A DNA stretch of 64,000 nucleotides from Candidatus Parcubacteria bacterium (GTDB lineage Bacteria; Patescibacteriota; Minisyncoccia; Phycocordibacterales; CAIZLB01), in the NCBI GenBank assembly GCA_039795775.1, contig JBDKLC010000005.1, forward strand, positions 3,654-67,653, given 5' to 3'. The notes below the pieces were generated by a model, which saw nothing but the letters and a program-made list of their open reading frames with translations, was not told the origin of the DNA and did not search any database. Below are positions 29,604 through 38,381 of this stretch, in pieces (the first letter of the stretch is position 1; every line of letters begins with the position of its first letter). A program made the translations under genes and the position numbers.

Positions 29604-30467
29604 TTAATAAAAAATCATACACATAAATATAATCCATCCCAGAGTGGCAACAAGAACAATCGGATCAGAAACAACAGCACGCTCTGGATATTCACTCTTT
29701 GCAGATGTGAATACGATAAATACGTATCGAAGTACACCCAGGAGGACGAAGAATATAGAATATACCGCGATATAAGAGTTGAGAACAAGTACAGAATAAA
29801 GACTATATGAAATTATAGAAAGTGTAGCTGCAATAATAAGAAGTGCTGTGAGAAATTCTGATGTGTAGACATTGAGTACCGCACGTTTTGATTTTCCATT
29901 GAATTCAGCAATACGTTTTCCGACGATAAGAAAGAGTGAAATGAAAATAGTACAAAGAAGAAGCCAGAGAGAAATATGAACACCAGCTGCTTCACCACCA
30001 ATGAGGATTCGAATCAAGAAAAATCCTGAGATGAGGAGTATGTCGATGGTAGCAATGTGCTTGAGATAAAAAGAGTAGGCGATGTTGAGGAGGAAATACG
30101 CAGCAAGATAGTAGGTGATAGCTGGAACTACGTAATGTGTGAGAGCAATAGTAGTGATAAGAAGTACGGCAAACACTTGTAGAGCACGACGTACAGAGAC
30201 GGCTCCAGATGCAATTGGTCGAAACTTTTTCTTGTCATGGAGTTTGTCTTGCTCACGATCTGCGATGTCATTGAGAATATATACGCAGCTTGCAGTAAGT
30301 GAAAAACAAATGAATGCGACAATAACGGATTCTAGTTTTTGAATAAAAAGAAATTCTCTTGCGAAAAAGAGGGGAACAAAGATGAAGAAATTCTTTATCC
30401 AGCTAGTGGGTCGTAGCAGTCGGAGAACGTTGTTCATAGGGATTTGTGATGGAAATAAGTATAACAA
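29604..30467 (-). CDS. UbiA-family prenyltransferase resembling decaprenyl-phosphate phosphoribosyltransferase (DPPR synthase)
   Basis: LRLLRPTSWIKNFFIFVPLFFA and NDIADREQDKLHDKKKFRPIASGAVS match the N-terminal and first Asp-rich motifs I recall for the DPPR-synthase branch (RPxQWxKN...NDxxDxExDxxHxxKxxRPIAxG). It has 8-9 TM helices. Confidence 0.65.
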   Translation of the reverse strand: MLYLFPSQIPMNNVLRLLRPTSWIKNFFIFVPLFFAREFLFIQKLESVIVAFICFSLTASCVYILNDIADREQDKLHDKKKFRPIASGAVSVRRALQVFAVLLITTIALTHYVVPAITYYLAAYFLLNIAYSFYLKHIATIDILLISGFFLIRILIGGEAAGVHISLWLLLCTIFISLFLIVGKRIAEFNGKSKRAVLNVYTSEFLTALLIIAATLSIISYSLYSVLVLNSYIAVYSIFFVLLGVLRYVFIVFTSAKSEYPERAVVSDPIVLVATLGWIIFMCMIFY

Positions 30468-30696
30468 AAACTAGATTCTTAGCCTCTAGATGATTTGTAG
30501 AATGTATTGTCAAAACAGGCTTTTTATATTATAAGAGTGGCAGTACATCCGCTCTATTTTGGCAAAGAAAGGCTCTCTGTGTTTGAATTTGTAGGTACAA
30601 AAGGGCCTCTGTTTGCCGAAATTGAGCATCTGCTCCTTATCGACATAACGCAACGCAAGTTGCACAACCCATATCGTAAATACTGATCTACTGTCC

Positions 30697-31092
30697 ATGA
30701 TAAATCCTGATAACCTTATATTCCTTATGGCCGGCCCATTCCAAGGTGCCCGCTATGTCGTAACATCTGTCTGCCCGGCCGGTGTTGAAGTCAACACTGG
30801 TGAGCCTGAGCCCGCTGAGGGTGGCATGCAGCCAGAACTGGGGTTTGGCACTGCGGTGCCTGCCGGTGGTCTTGCTGTGACTGTGCCAACCTTGGCAGCT
30901 TCACAACCTCCCGTGAAGACGGAGCCACTGCCTGTCGGGCACTGGCGTGACGCCAAACTCGTTGGTCTCGTTTACGGGATTGGCACGGGCCACACACCGT
31001 TCACCGACTACGAACGCCTCATCGGCGTCTTTGACCGGACGAACGACGCACATCTCGCCCAAATGGCGATTCTCGCAGCAGCCCTGGTGTAA
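30697..31092 (+). other. GC-rich (~60%) ~0.43-kb segment. It carries a 131-aa ORF of unknown function; coding status is uncertain.
   Basis: Composition shifts abruptly at ~30727 (GGCCGGCCC...) and returns to AT-rich after ~31155. ORFs are open on both strands, as expected for high GC. I recognise no protein family or structured-RNA motif. Confidence 0.25.
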
Positions 31093-31120
31093 ACCAAAAA
31101 GCAGCTGCAAACAACTAATA

Positions 31121-31153
31121 ACGGCGGGGGGTCTCGAAGAGACCCCCCGCCGT
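31121..31153 (+). terminator. GC-rich hairpin terminator at the 3' end of the GC-rich segment
   Basis: ACGGCGGGGGGTCTC-GAA-GAGACCCCCCGCCGT (15-bp perfect stem) followed by AACCATTTT. Confidence 0.55.
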
Positions 31154-31216
31154 AACCATTTTATGCGCTTCAATTTATACATTTCAATTTACCGACAAGC
31201 TTCATTTCATTAATGT

Positions 31217-31271
31217 AAGACGTACAAAGTAAAAAGTCGGAATATTTCCGACTTTTTACTTTGTACGTCTT
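31217..31271. repeat. Long perfect inverted repeat (26-nt arms, 3-nt spacer) between convergent genes; likely bidirectional terminator
   Basis: AAGACGTACAAAGTAAAAAGTCGGAA-TAT-TTCCGACTTTTTACTTTGTACGTCTT, read directly from the sequence. Confidence 0.6.
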
Positions 31272-31327
31272 GGTATTACTTATGCAGTAAAACCTAAACA
31301 CCTAAAGTTCCGCATCCTTTTATTTCT

Positions 31328-32215
31328 TTATTTTTTCTCTAAGATTCCGTAAATGAAGTTACACGGAATTTGTAATTTTTTGAGGAAATCTTCAGCGAGT
31401 TTAAAGTCTTTGTTTTCTGAAAGGAATCGTTCAACCGCGAGCATTGGAGATGTTTCGTGTCCGTACAAACTCTGGTCCCATGTATCCTGCATCATGATGA
31501 TGTCACCTGATTGAAGAAGAGGACCGTAGGTAGTGAGCTCTTTGTATGTGTGTTCGTATGAGTGATCGTTATCAAATGAGAAGAGTACTTTTTTGCCAGG
31601 TGTTCGTGATGCAATAAAGGCTTTCACTTCGTCTACACAATCAAGACTACTTTTCCCATAGAGTGACTGAATTTTTTCAGTTGTCTTGTATGCATCATGA
31701 AATTCTTTTGCTGAAACAACATCAGCATCAGTGATATCGATAGTGAGAATTTTTGGCTGACAATATTTTGAAAGAAGTTCGTAAGTGAAAATTGCTGAAC
31801 CTCCTGATGCTGTTCCAAAATCAACAACGATTTCAGGTTTGAATGTTTCGAATACGTGAGGAATGTTTTTTTCTACATCTGTTCGTACTTGAAGGAAGGG
31901 GAGTTTCTTACCGTTTCGTTCGAGAACGGCATCAGACCATCCGATGTGCTTGCCATCTTTTGTAATAAAGCAAAGCGCAGGATATCCAATAATATTTTTT
32001 CCAATAAAAAACTGTTCTTTGTTTTCGATACCCTTTACTTGAGCATTGTGGATTCGTCGTACGTTCGCTTTGAGAGAAGTAAGGAGGGCAAAGTCATTTC
32101 TCTTAAAAAGATACATATATATAGTACGGAAGTCGTTCCGGAATATGTTTCTTATATAGAGGGCAAGGTGATACGCTTTTCTTACAAACGGTATATTCTT
32201 CAGTTTTGTTTTCAC
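31328..32215 (-). CDS. CmcI/cephalosporin-hydroxylase-family class I SAM-dependent O-methyltransferase (sugar O-methyltransferase-like)
   Basis: IVVDFGTASGGSAIF...ILTIDITD...VLFSFDNDHSYEHT resembles the macrocin/rhamnosyl O-MT family (PF04989-like). Confidence 0.55.
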   Translation of the reverse strand: MKTKLKNIPFVRKAYHLALYIRNIFRNDFRTIYMYLFKRNDFALLTSLKANVRRIHNAQVKGIENKEQFFIGKNIIGYPALCFITKDGKHIGWSDAVLERNGKKLPFLQVRTDVEKNIPHVFETFKPEIVVDFGTASGGSAIFTYELLSKYCQPKILTIDITDADVVSAKEFHDAYKTTEKIQSLYGKSSLDCVDEVKAFIASRTPGKKVLFSFDNDHSYEHTYKELTTYGPLLQSGDIIMMQDTWDQSLYGHETSPMLAVERFLSENKDFKLAEDFLKKLQIPCNFIYGILEKK

Positions 32216-32218
32216 GGG

Positions 32219-33514
32219 TTATGAATTAAATATTATTTTCAAGAGTTTACCTCGAGTATCCTTAAATAGGAAGAGGGAGAGGAAGTTACAGAAATATGAG
32301 ATAAATGTTGCCCAAGCAGCACCAGCGATGCCGTACTTGGGAATGAAGATGAAGTTGAGCACAACGTTCATTGCCATAGCTGAGAATGAAGCAATGAATA
32401 CAGCCTTCTGGTTGTTTTCAGCAAGCAAAAAGTTTTGTGTGAGGTAGGCGAGTGATGTTCCGATACCGGCCCAGATATAAATTTGGAGAATAGGTACTGC
32501 CCCTAGAAACTCCACGCCATATAAGAGCATGATAATTTGTTTTCCAAGAAGCGCCACAGGAAGTGCCACTCCAACAGAAATAAGAACCATAAACAGTCCC
32601 AATCGTTTGAGACGAGCATAGTAAATGTATTCTGATGTTTGTCGCGCATTTACGAGAGCGGGGAACAATGAACCAACAACAAGTCCAGGAATAAAGTACC
32701 ATGCTTCTGCGATTCGAGCAGCAGCGTCGTAAATACCAACTGACTTAGTATCAATAAAGTTTTTGATCATTACTTGATCGATTCGACTATAGATCACCGC
32801 AAATGCACTCGAGAAAAGAAGTGGTAAAGAATTGTAGAGAAGACTTTTTGCGATTTTGTAGTTGAATCTCCAATTGAGGACAGAATCGTAGTATTTGTTT
32901 CGATAGAAAATATAGAAGACTGCATATATAACAGGTTCGAGCATGAATATGATTGTCAAGTAGATGACACCTTTGTTCATGAATACCACGACTAGTTTTA
33001 AAATGTTGAGAAGAACAGATACGTACAGATTGATGAGAGAAGGATACTTTGCCAAAACACTCGCTTGAAACTCATAGGCAACAATATTCCAACCATTGAA
33101 AAGAAACGTCAGAGAAAGAATTGAAATCAACAAGAACGAAATGTCTTGGTGTGATGTATGCCATGCACTTCCAACTGCAATACCGATCATAATGATCCCC
33201 GCAACCATTTTTAAAATAATTGATGTACCGAGGTATTCATTCTTTTTGTCTGGATATTGAATGAGCTCTCTATATAAAATCTGATCTAATCCAAGACTTG
33301 TAAATACAGAGAAGATACCAATATAGCTAATAGAGTAACTAAGGAAGCCATAATTTTCTGGTCCAAGGTAACGCACTACATATGTAGTAACAAAGAAGGA
33401 GATAATAAGACTGAAAATACGAGAAAAGAACATCCAGCCTGCGTTTTTGAGGTATTTCTGAAATCCAGGATTATTGAGCCAAAGTAGGACTTTTTGATAA
33501 AAACTATTGTTCAT
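32219..33514 (-). CDS. wzx: Wzx-like oligosaccharide flippase (MOP superfamily polysaccharide biosynthesis protein)
   Basis: 431 aa with ~12 TM helices. The N-terminus ...KNAGWMFFSRIFSLIISFFVTTYVVRYLGPENYG is typical of Wzx/RfbX. Confidence 0.75.
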   Translation of the reverse strand: MNNSFYQKVLLWLNNPGFQKYLKNAGWMFFSRIFSLIISFFVTTYVVRYLGPENYGFLSYSISYIGIFSVFTSLGLDQILYRELIQYPDKKNEYLGTSIILKMVAGIIMIGIAVGSAWHTSHQDISFLLISILSLTFLFNGWNIVAYEFQASVLAKYPSLINLYVSVLLNILKLVVVFMNKGVIYLTIIFMLEPVIYAVFYIFYRNKYYDSVLNWRFNYKIAKSLLYNSLPLLFSSAFAVIYSRIDQVMIKNFIDTKSVGIYDAAARIAEAWYFIPGLVVGSLFPALVNARQTSEYIYYARLKRLGLFMVLISVGVALPVALLGKQIIMLLYGVEFLGAVPILQIYIWAGIGTSLAYLTQNFLLAENNQKAVFIASFSAMAMNVVLNFIFIPKYGIAGAAWATFISYFCNFLSLFLFKDTRGKLLKIIFNS

Positions 33515-33582
33515 ACTGTATTATATTGTCCACTAGTATAGCAGGTTTATCATACAAAATAATATGCTAGAATAGCACCACT

Positions 33583-35847
33583 ATGAATTCGAACACAGCA
33601 TTACGATACAGTATTATTAGTCTTTTATTCGTTATCCCGTTTGTTCCGCTTATTGTTCTCGGGTCAATGTACTTCCCATATATCACAGGGAAGGCCTTTG
33701 TTTTTAGAACTCTCGTAGAGCTCGCACTCATCTTATATGCTTTTTTAGCTATTCGAGATAAGTCATATTTACCAAAGAAGTCTGCACTCCTTTGGGCTAT
33801 TCTTGGCTTCACTGCTATTCTTGGTCTCGCAACAATCTTCTCAGAAAATCCTTTCCGAAGTTTCTGGAGTAATTACGAACGAATGGAAGGCTATGTAACT
33901 GTTCTTCATTTGCTTGGATACTTTGTACTCCTTGCTGGTGTGTTCACTCGAAAGACATGGTACTGGTTTGCTCATACATCTCTTGCTGCAAGCATCATCA
34001 TTGGCCTTCGAGGTTTGGCTGATGGTCAGACTCGTATTTCAGGAACTCTTGGTAACTCTACATATCTCGGCGTGTATGCAATGCTTCACATCTTTATCGC
34101 TGGTCAATTTATGCTTCGAACTCTTTTCAAAAAAGTATTTTCTGAAGCATGGCCATGGGTTACAGGCTATCTCGTATTCATTGCTTTCAACGCGTTTATT
34201 CTTTACCGAACTGGTACACGAGGTTCATTCCTCGGACTTGTAGCCGGTACAATTGTTACTGCGCTTCTTCTCGCAATCTTTGAACGAACAAATAAAGTAA
34301 TTCGATATACAGGTATCAGTATCCTCGCACTTGTTGTTATCGTTGTCGGATCACTCGGTCTTGCTCGAAACACACAGTTTGTACAACAGTCACAACTTCT
34401 TGCTCGATTCAGTTCACTCATCACTACAGATGTAGGTTCTGTTCTCAAAAATCAGGGATATGCTCGAAGTGTTATTTGGTCAATGGCATACAATGGTTTT
34501 AAAGAACGACCAGTTCTCGGTTGGGGTCAGGACAACTTCAACTATGTATTCGCAAAGTACTATGATCCACGAATGTACAATCAGGAACAGTGGTTCGATC
34601 GAAGTCACAACGTATTCTTTGATTGGCTCATTGCTGGTGGTATCTTAGGTCTTCTTTCATACCTCTCACTCTTTGCAGCATTGCTGTATCTTCTCTGGAG
34701 AAAACAAAATCCAAACGTACAAGAACCATGGCTCTTTACTGAAAAGGCTGTGCTTACTGGACTTCTCGTCGCATATTTTATTCACAATCTCTTTGTGTTT
34801 GATCACCTTGTAAGTTACCTTATCTTCTTTGCTCTCTTGGCATATGTACACAACCGAAGTACAACATTAGCGACTGACAGCAGAAATGCTGGCGCTCTTA
34901 TTGAAAATGAAGGTACACAATATGCAGTAGCAGGACTTATTGGTGTTCTTCTTCTCGGAGCAATGTATGTAATTGTTATTAAGCCGTATTCAGTTTCAGC
35001 GAGTCTCATCCGAGCACTTCAAGCGCAGGTAGGAGGTACAGATTCAAGAGGAAATCGAATTCCTGCAGATTATAAAAAAGCTCTCGCAGAATTTAAAAAT
35101 GTATTTTCGATGAAAACATTTGGAAGTATTGAAGCTCGAGAACGATTGTCTGAAGTTGCTGGTGCTGCCGTAGCTGCAACAACTCTCGATACAGATACTA
35201 AAGTTGGATTCGTACAACTTACTCAGGATGAGTACAAGAAGCAGTTTGCAGAAACAGGAGCAGATCCTCGACCTCCACTCTTCTATGGATTGTTCTTGTC
35301 TCGAATAGGACAGACAGATGCTGCGTTGGTACAGATTCAGCGAGCTCTCGAACTTTCTCCAAAAAAACAATCATTCATCTTCCAAACAGCACTCTTGCAC
35401 TATCAGAAAGGAGAATTTGCAAAGGCCGTTGAATATGCAAAGAAAGGATATGAAGAAGAACCAGCATATAATGAAGCACTTGTCATTTATGCAGCTACAT
35501 TGATTTATAACAACCAGAGTGACATTGCAGAAAAAGAAATCGAAGCTGCGAAAGCTCGAGGTGTTGATGTAACAACTGACGAACGAATTCTCCAGGCGTA
35601 TGTTGAGAAAAAACAATTTGGAAGAATTCTCTCTCTGGTGAAGAAACAAGTAGAAGCAGATCCAAAAAATCCGCAGCTTCATGTTTCTCTCGCTGCAGCA
35701 TATTTAAAAGTGAATGATCGAAAGAACGCTATCAAAGAAATTCAGGAAGCAATCAAAATTGAGCCAGCATTCAAAGCTCAAGGAGAATCATTCATCAAAG
35801 AAATTCAAGCGGGAAGAGATCCATCACAAGCCGTACCAGCAAAATAA
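33583..35847 (+). CDS. O-antigen ligase/polymerase-like (Wzy_C) membrane protein fused to C-terminal TPR repeats
   Basis: The N-terminal ~430 aa are polytopic with an O-antigen-ligase-like core. The C-terminal ~300 aa contain TPR-like helical repeats (ALELSPKKQSFIFQTALLHYQKGEFAKAVEYAKKGYEEEP...). Confidence 0.65.
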   Translation: MNSNTALRYSIISLLFVIPFVPLIVLGSMYFPYITGKAFVFRTLVELALILYAFLAIRDKSYLPKKSALLWAILGFTAILGLATIFSENPFRSFWSNYERMEGYVTVLHLLGYFVLLAGVFTRKTWYWFAHTSLAASIIIGLRGLADGQTRISGTLGNSTYLGVYAMLHIFIAGQFMLRTLFKKVFSEAWPWVTGYLVFIAFNAFILYRTGTRGSFLGLVAGTIVTALLLAIFERTNKVIRYTGISILALVVIVVGSLGLARNTQFVQQSQLLARFSSLITTDVGSVLKNQGYARSVIWSMAYNGFKERPVLGWGQDNFNYVFAKYYDPRMYNQEQWFDRSHNVFFDWLIAGGILGLLSYLSLFAALLYLLWRKQNPNVQEPWLFTEKAVLTGLLVAYFIHNLFVFDHLVSYLIFFALLAYVHNRSTTLATDSRNAGALIENEGTQYAVAGLIGVLLLGAMYVIVIKPYSVSASLIRALQAQVGGTDSRGNRIPADYKKALAEFKNVFSMKTFGSIEARERLSEVAGAAVAATTLDTDTKVGFVQLTQDEYKKQFAETGADPRPPLFYGLFLSRIGQTDAALVQIQRALELSPKKQSFIFQTALLHYQKGEFAKAVEYAKKGYEEEPAYNEALVIYAATLIYNNQSDIAEKEIEAAKARGVDVTTDERILQAYVEKKQFGRILSLVKKQVEADPKNPQLHVSLAAAYLKVNDRKNAIKEIQEAIKIEPAFKAQGESFIKEIQAGRDPSQAVPAK

Positions 35848-35908
35848 TTACAATTAATAACAGCTCCATCCGGAGCTGTTATTAATTTTCACATGTATAT
35901 ACATATAT

Positions 35909-37015
35909 TTGATATACTTATATGCATTACTGGTATTTAATTTGTACATGAAGAAAATTCATATTTTTGCTGTGTTGGCTGTGGTTGTACTAGTTGCTGC
36001 ATTTGCCTATGCATTCTGGTTCAATCCAAATCCCAACATGTTCCTTCAGTCTTCTGCGGCGCGGAAGATTCAGGAATCGTTTAATCGTGGTGACATAGAT
36101 GGTTCAATCCGTCTTGCTGAAGAAGCAACTGCAAAGAATTCAAATGATTCTATGGCATATACGCTTCTTTCACTCTCATATTCTCAGAAGGGAACACTCG
36201 AGTTCAAAGAACAAGAATATGGAGCGAAAGCCGTAGAGGCAGCTAACAAGGCAATTAGTTTCTCTCCAAAAAATAGTGAAGCATATCGAGCTCTTGGATA
36301 TGCGTATGAAATTCAGCAAAAATATAATGATGCTTTTAGTGCATACAACCAAGCTATAGTCTTGGACTCATCTAACTATCAAGCAATTGCGGCTCGAGCA
36401 CATGCATATGATCTCTTTGGTGATATCGGAAATGCAAAAATTGGATACGAGCAAGCTCTCAAACTCGAACCATCACTTGATCTTACTCGACTTAACTTGG
36501 CTCGAGTATATGTTCGAGAACAGACATACGATAAAGCAACTGCCGAATTAAAACGACTTACTCAATCAGCAAAAAACGTAACTACTAAAGCTGATGCATA
36601 TCAGGTACTAGGTACTATTAGTCTCATTCAATCTCAGTCAGCGCAGGCAGTTTCACTTTTTGAACAATCAGTGCAACTCTTTGCATCGTCTTCAAGTGCA
36701 CAGGCCGGTCTAGCCCAAGCACATCTCTTGTACCTTGCTCAAACACTTTCAACATCTTCATCAATGGAAGTATTTTTGAAGCACATCGAGCAAGTGTTTG
36801 ATCACGCTCAGTTGTCTCTTGATATCAACCCCGCACAAGCTACTGGATATCTCGCATTAGCTGACGCTACACTACTCATCGGAGAAAAAGCAGAAGCAAA
36901 GAAGATCTATCAATTCATGCTTGATACAGCTGTTGATAACGACATTACATTAGGTGCTCAAGAAAAAGTAGGTATGAAGGCATATGTTAAAGATCAATTA
37001 TCAAAAATAAAGTAA
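35909..37015 (+). CDS. TPR-repeat protein with N-terminal TM anchor
   Basis: Signal anchor IHIFAVLAVVVLVAAFAYAF, then multiple 34-aa TPR units (SEAYRALGYAYEIQQKYNDAFSAYNQAIVLDSSN...). Confidence 0.65.
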   Translation: MIYLYALLVFNLYMKKIHIFAVLAVVVLVAAFAYAFWFNPNPNMFLQSSAARKIQESFNRGDIDGSIRLAEEATAKNSNDSMAYTLLSLSYSQKGTLEFKEQEYGAKAVEAANKAISFSPKNSEAYRALGYAYEIQQKYNDAFSAYNQAIVLDSSNYQAIAARAHAYDLFGDIGNAKIGYEQALKLEPSLDLTRLNLARVYVREQTYDKATAELKRLTQSAKNVTTKADAYQVLGTISLIQSQSAQAVSLFEQSVQLFASSSSAQAGLAQAHLLYLAQTLSTSSSMEVFLKHIEQVFDHAQLSLDINPAQATGYLALADATLLIGEKAEAKKIYQFMLDTAVDNDITLGAQEKVGMKAYVKDQLSKIK

Positions 37016-37019
37016 CAAT

Positions 37020-38057
37020 ATGAATACTTCAATTTCACACATGAAAAAGATATCGATTCTCCTCGTTGCTTTTGTATTTATGTTTGTAGCATTTGCTTTA
37101 CCGAAAAAAGCTGAAGCCTCATTCGAGATCAACATTAAAACTAATGTTGGTACATATAAAGTAACAATTAAACATTGGAACGATTGGGGAGAATGTAATG
37201 AATGTTATGATCGATATCGATCAGGATTCGTTACGACAGCAAAAGCATATGCACAAAAAGGGGCAGGAGTGTATCATTTCACACAAGCTTGTGGTAACCA
37301 CAATGATATTACAGTTCGATTGATTAAGAAGAATCCGCCTAAACCACCTATCATACCTCCGGTAATTCCAGTCACAACATGTTCTGCTGGATCAGGACAG
37401 ATTGTTGTTGGGGGAGTTTGTACGTGTCCTCTTGGACAGAATCTTGTCGGCGGTGTTTGTACAGGAATAGATAGTTGTCCTGCACAAAGTCTCATATATC
37501 CGACAGGATTCGTTGGACCACTTCCTACTGGAGGCGTGTACGAAACAGCTGCTTGTCCAAAATACACATGTAATAGCAACAACATTTGTGAAGCAAAAGA
37601 AAATAATTCAAGTTGTCCTGCTGATTGTAGTGTAACTCCGCCTCCACCTACATCTTGTACAAGTGATCCACTTGTTGGAACAACTTGCTCAACAGGAAGA
37701 TGTGGAGCAGAAGGAGATGGCACAATGATTTGTACACCATCTGGTCTTCAGTGTCAGACAGGTCCAGCTTATAAATGTGTTGGTGCAGCTATTGATACAT
37801 TCAAAGCACTTCCAGGTGATGTAAACAAAGGTCAGTCATGTACATTGTCTTGGGAAGTTGCAGACGCTGTAAGTTGTAAGATCACACGACCAAATGGAAC
37901 AACACTTCTCAGTGCTCCAGCGATTCCAAGAGGATCTTCTCCGTCAGATCCAATTCAAGAAACAACGATATATACACTTACATGTAAGGGAACAAATGAT
38001 GTTCCAGTTTCATCTCAGGTGAAATGTAAGTTGAATGCAGGAGTCACACAGTTCTAA
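37020..38057 (+). CDS. Secreted cysteine-rich protein (hypothetical)
   Basis: Signal peptide MKKISILLVAFVFMFVAFALPKKAEA. About 30 Cys in 345 aa, with patterns GVCTCPLGQNLVGGVCTG and CSAG..C. Contains a PPKPPIIPPVIP linker. Confidence 0.55.
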   Translation: MNTSISHMKKISILLVAFVFMFVAFALPKKAEASFEINIKTNVGTYKVTIKHWNDWGECNECYDRYRSGFVTTAKAYAQKGAGVYHFTQACGNHNDITVRLIKKNPPKPPIIPPVIPVTTCSAGSGQIVVGGVCTCPLGQNLVGGVCTGIDSCPAQSLIYPTGFVGPLPTGGVYETAACPKYTCNSNNICEAKENNSSCPADCSVTPPPPTSCTSDPLVGTTCSTGRCGAEGDGTMICTPSGLQCQTGPAYKCVGAAIDTFKALPGDVNKGQSCTLSWEVADAVSCKITRPNGTTLLSAPAIPRGSSPSDPIQETTIYTLTCKGTNDVPVSSQVKCKLNAGVTQF

Positions 38058-38083
38058 TAAAACTAAAAAAGTTTTCTCAAAAA

Positions 38084-38110
38084 GTTCAGACAATGTCTGA
38101 ACTTTTTTTG
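38084..38110 (+). terminator. Rho-independent terminator after the Cys-rich protein gene
   Basis: GTTCAGAC-AAT-GTCTGAAC followed by TTTTTTTG. Confidence 0.65.
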
Positions 38111-38381
38111 TTATATACATACAAAAACTTTTCATTAAATAAAAATAAAAAAATATAAAGAAAATAAAATATTTTTCTTAAAAAATAATTTTTATACTTA
38201 TCCACAATTATCTTAAAAAAAATATTGCAGTTGTTGTCAGTGTGACGGATAATTAAGAAGTATTTAGAGTGTGCAAGAAAATTTTTTGGAAATTATTTAT
38301 TAATGCTTCAAAAATATTTTCTCGACGTCGGCATTCTAAAAAAAAGTTTAAAAAGTAATTAGCTCTTTGAGCGCACCCAAC

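Noticed and set aside
30700-31160. Possibility that the GC-rich insert is a known structured RNA (RNase P RNA, tmRNA, SRP RNA, group II intron domain)
   Set aside because: I could not find the conserved P4/CR-I/CR-V RNase P strings, the tmRNA tRNA-like ends, the SRP domain IV motif or a domain V consensus by eye. This remains untested without a covariance-model search.
30753-31213. Multiple overlapping 67-93-aa ORFs on both strands in the GC-rich insert
   Set aside because: Same high-GC artefact. None has motifs, so I treat the insert as a compositional anomaly rather than calling several genes.
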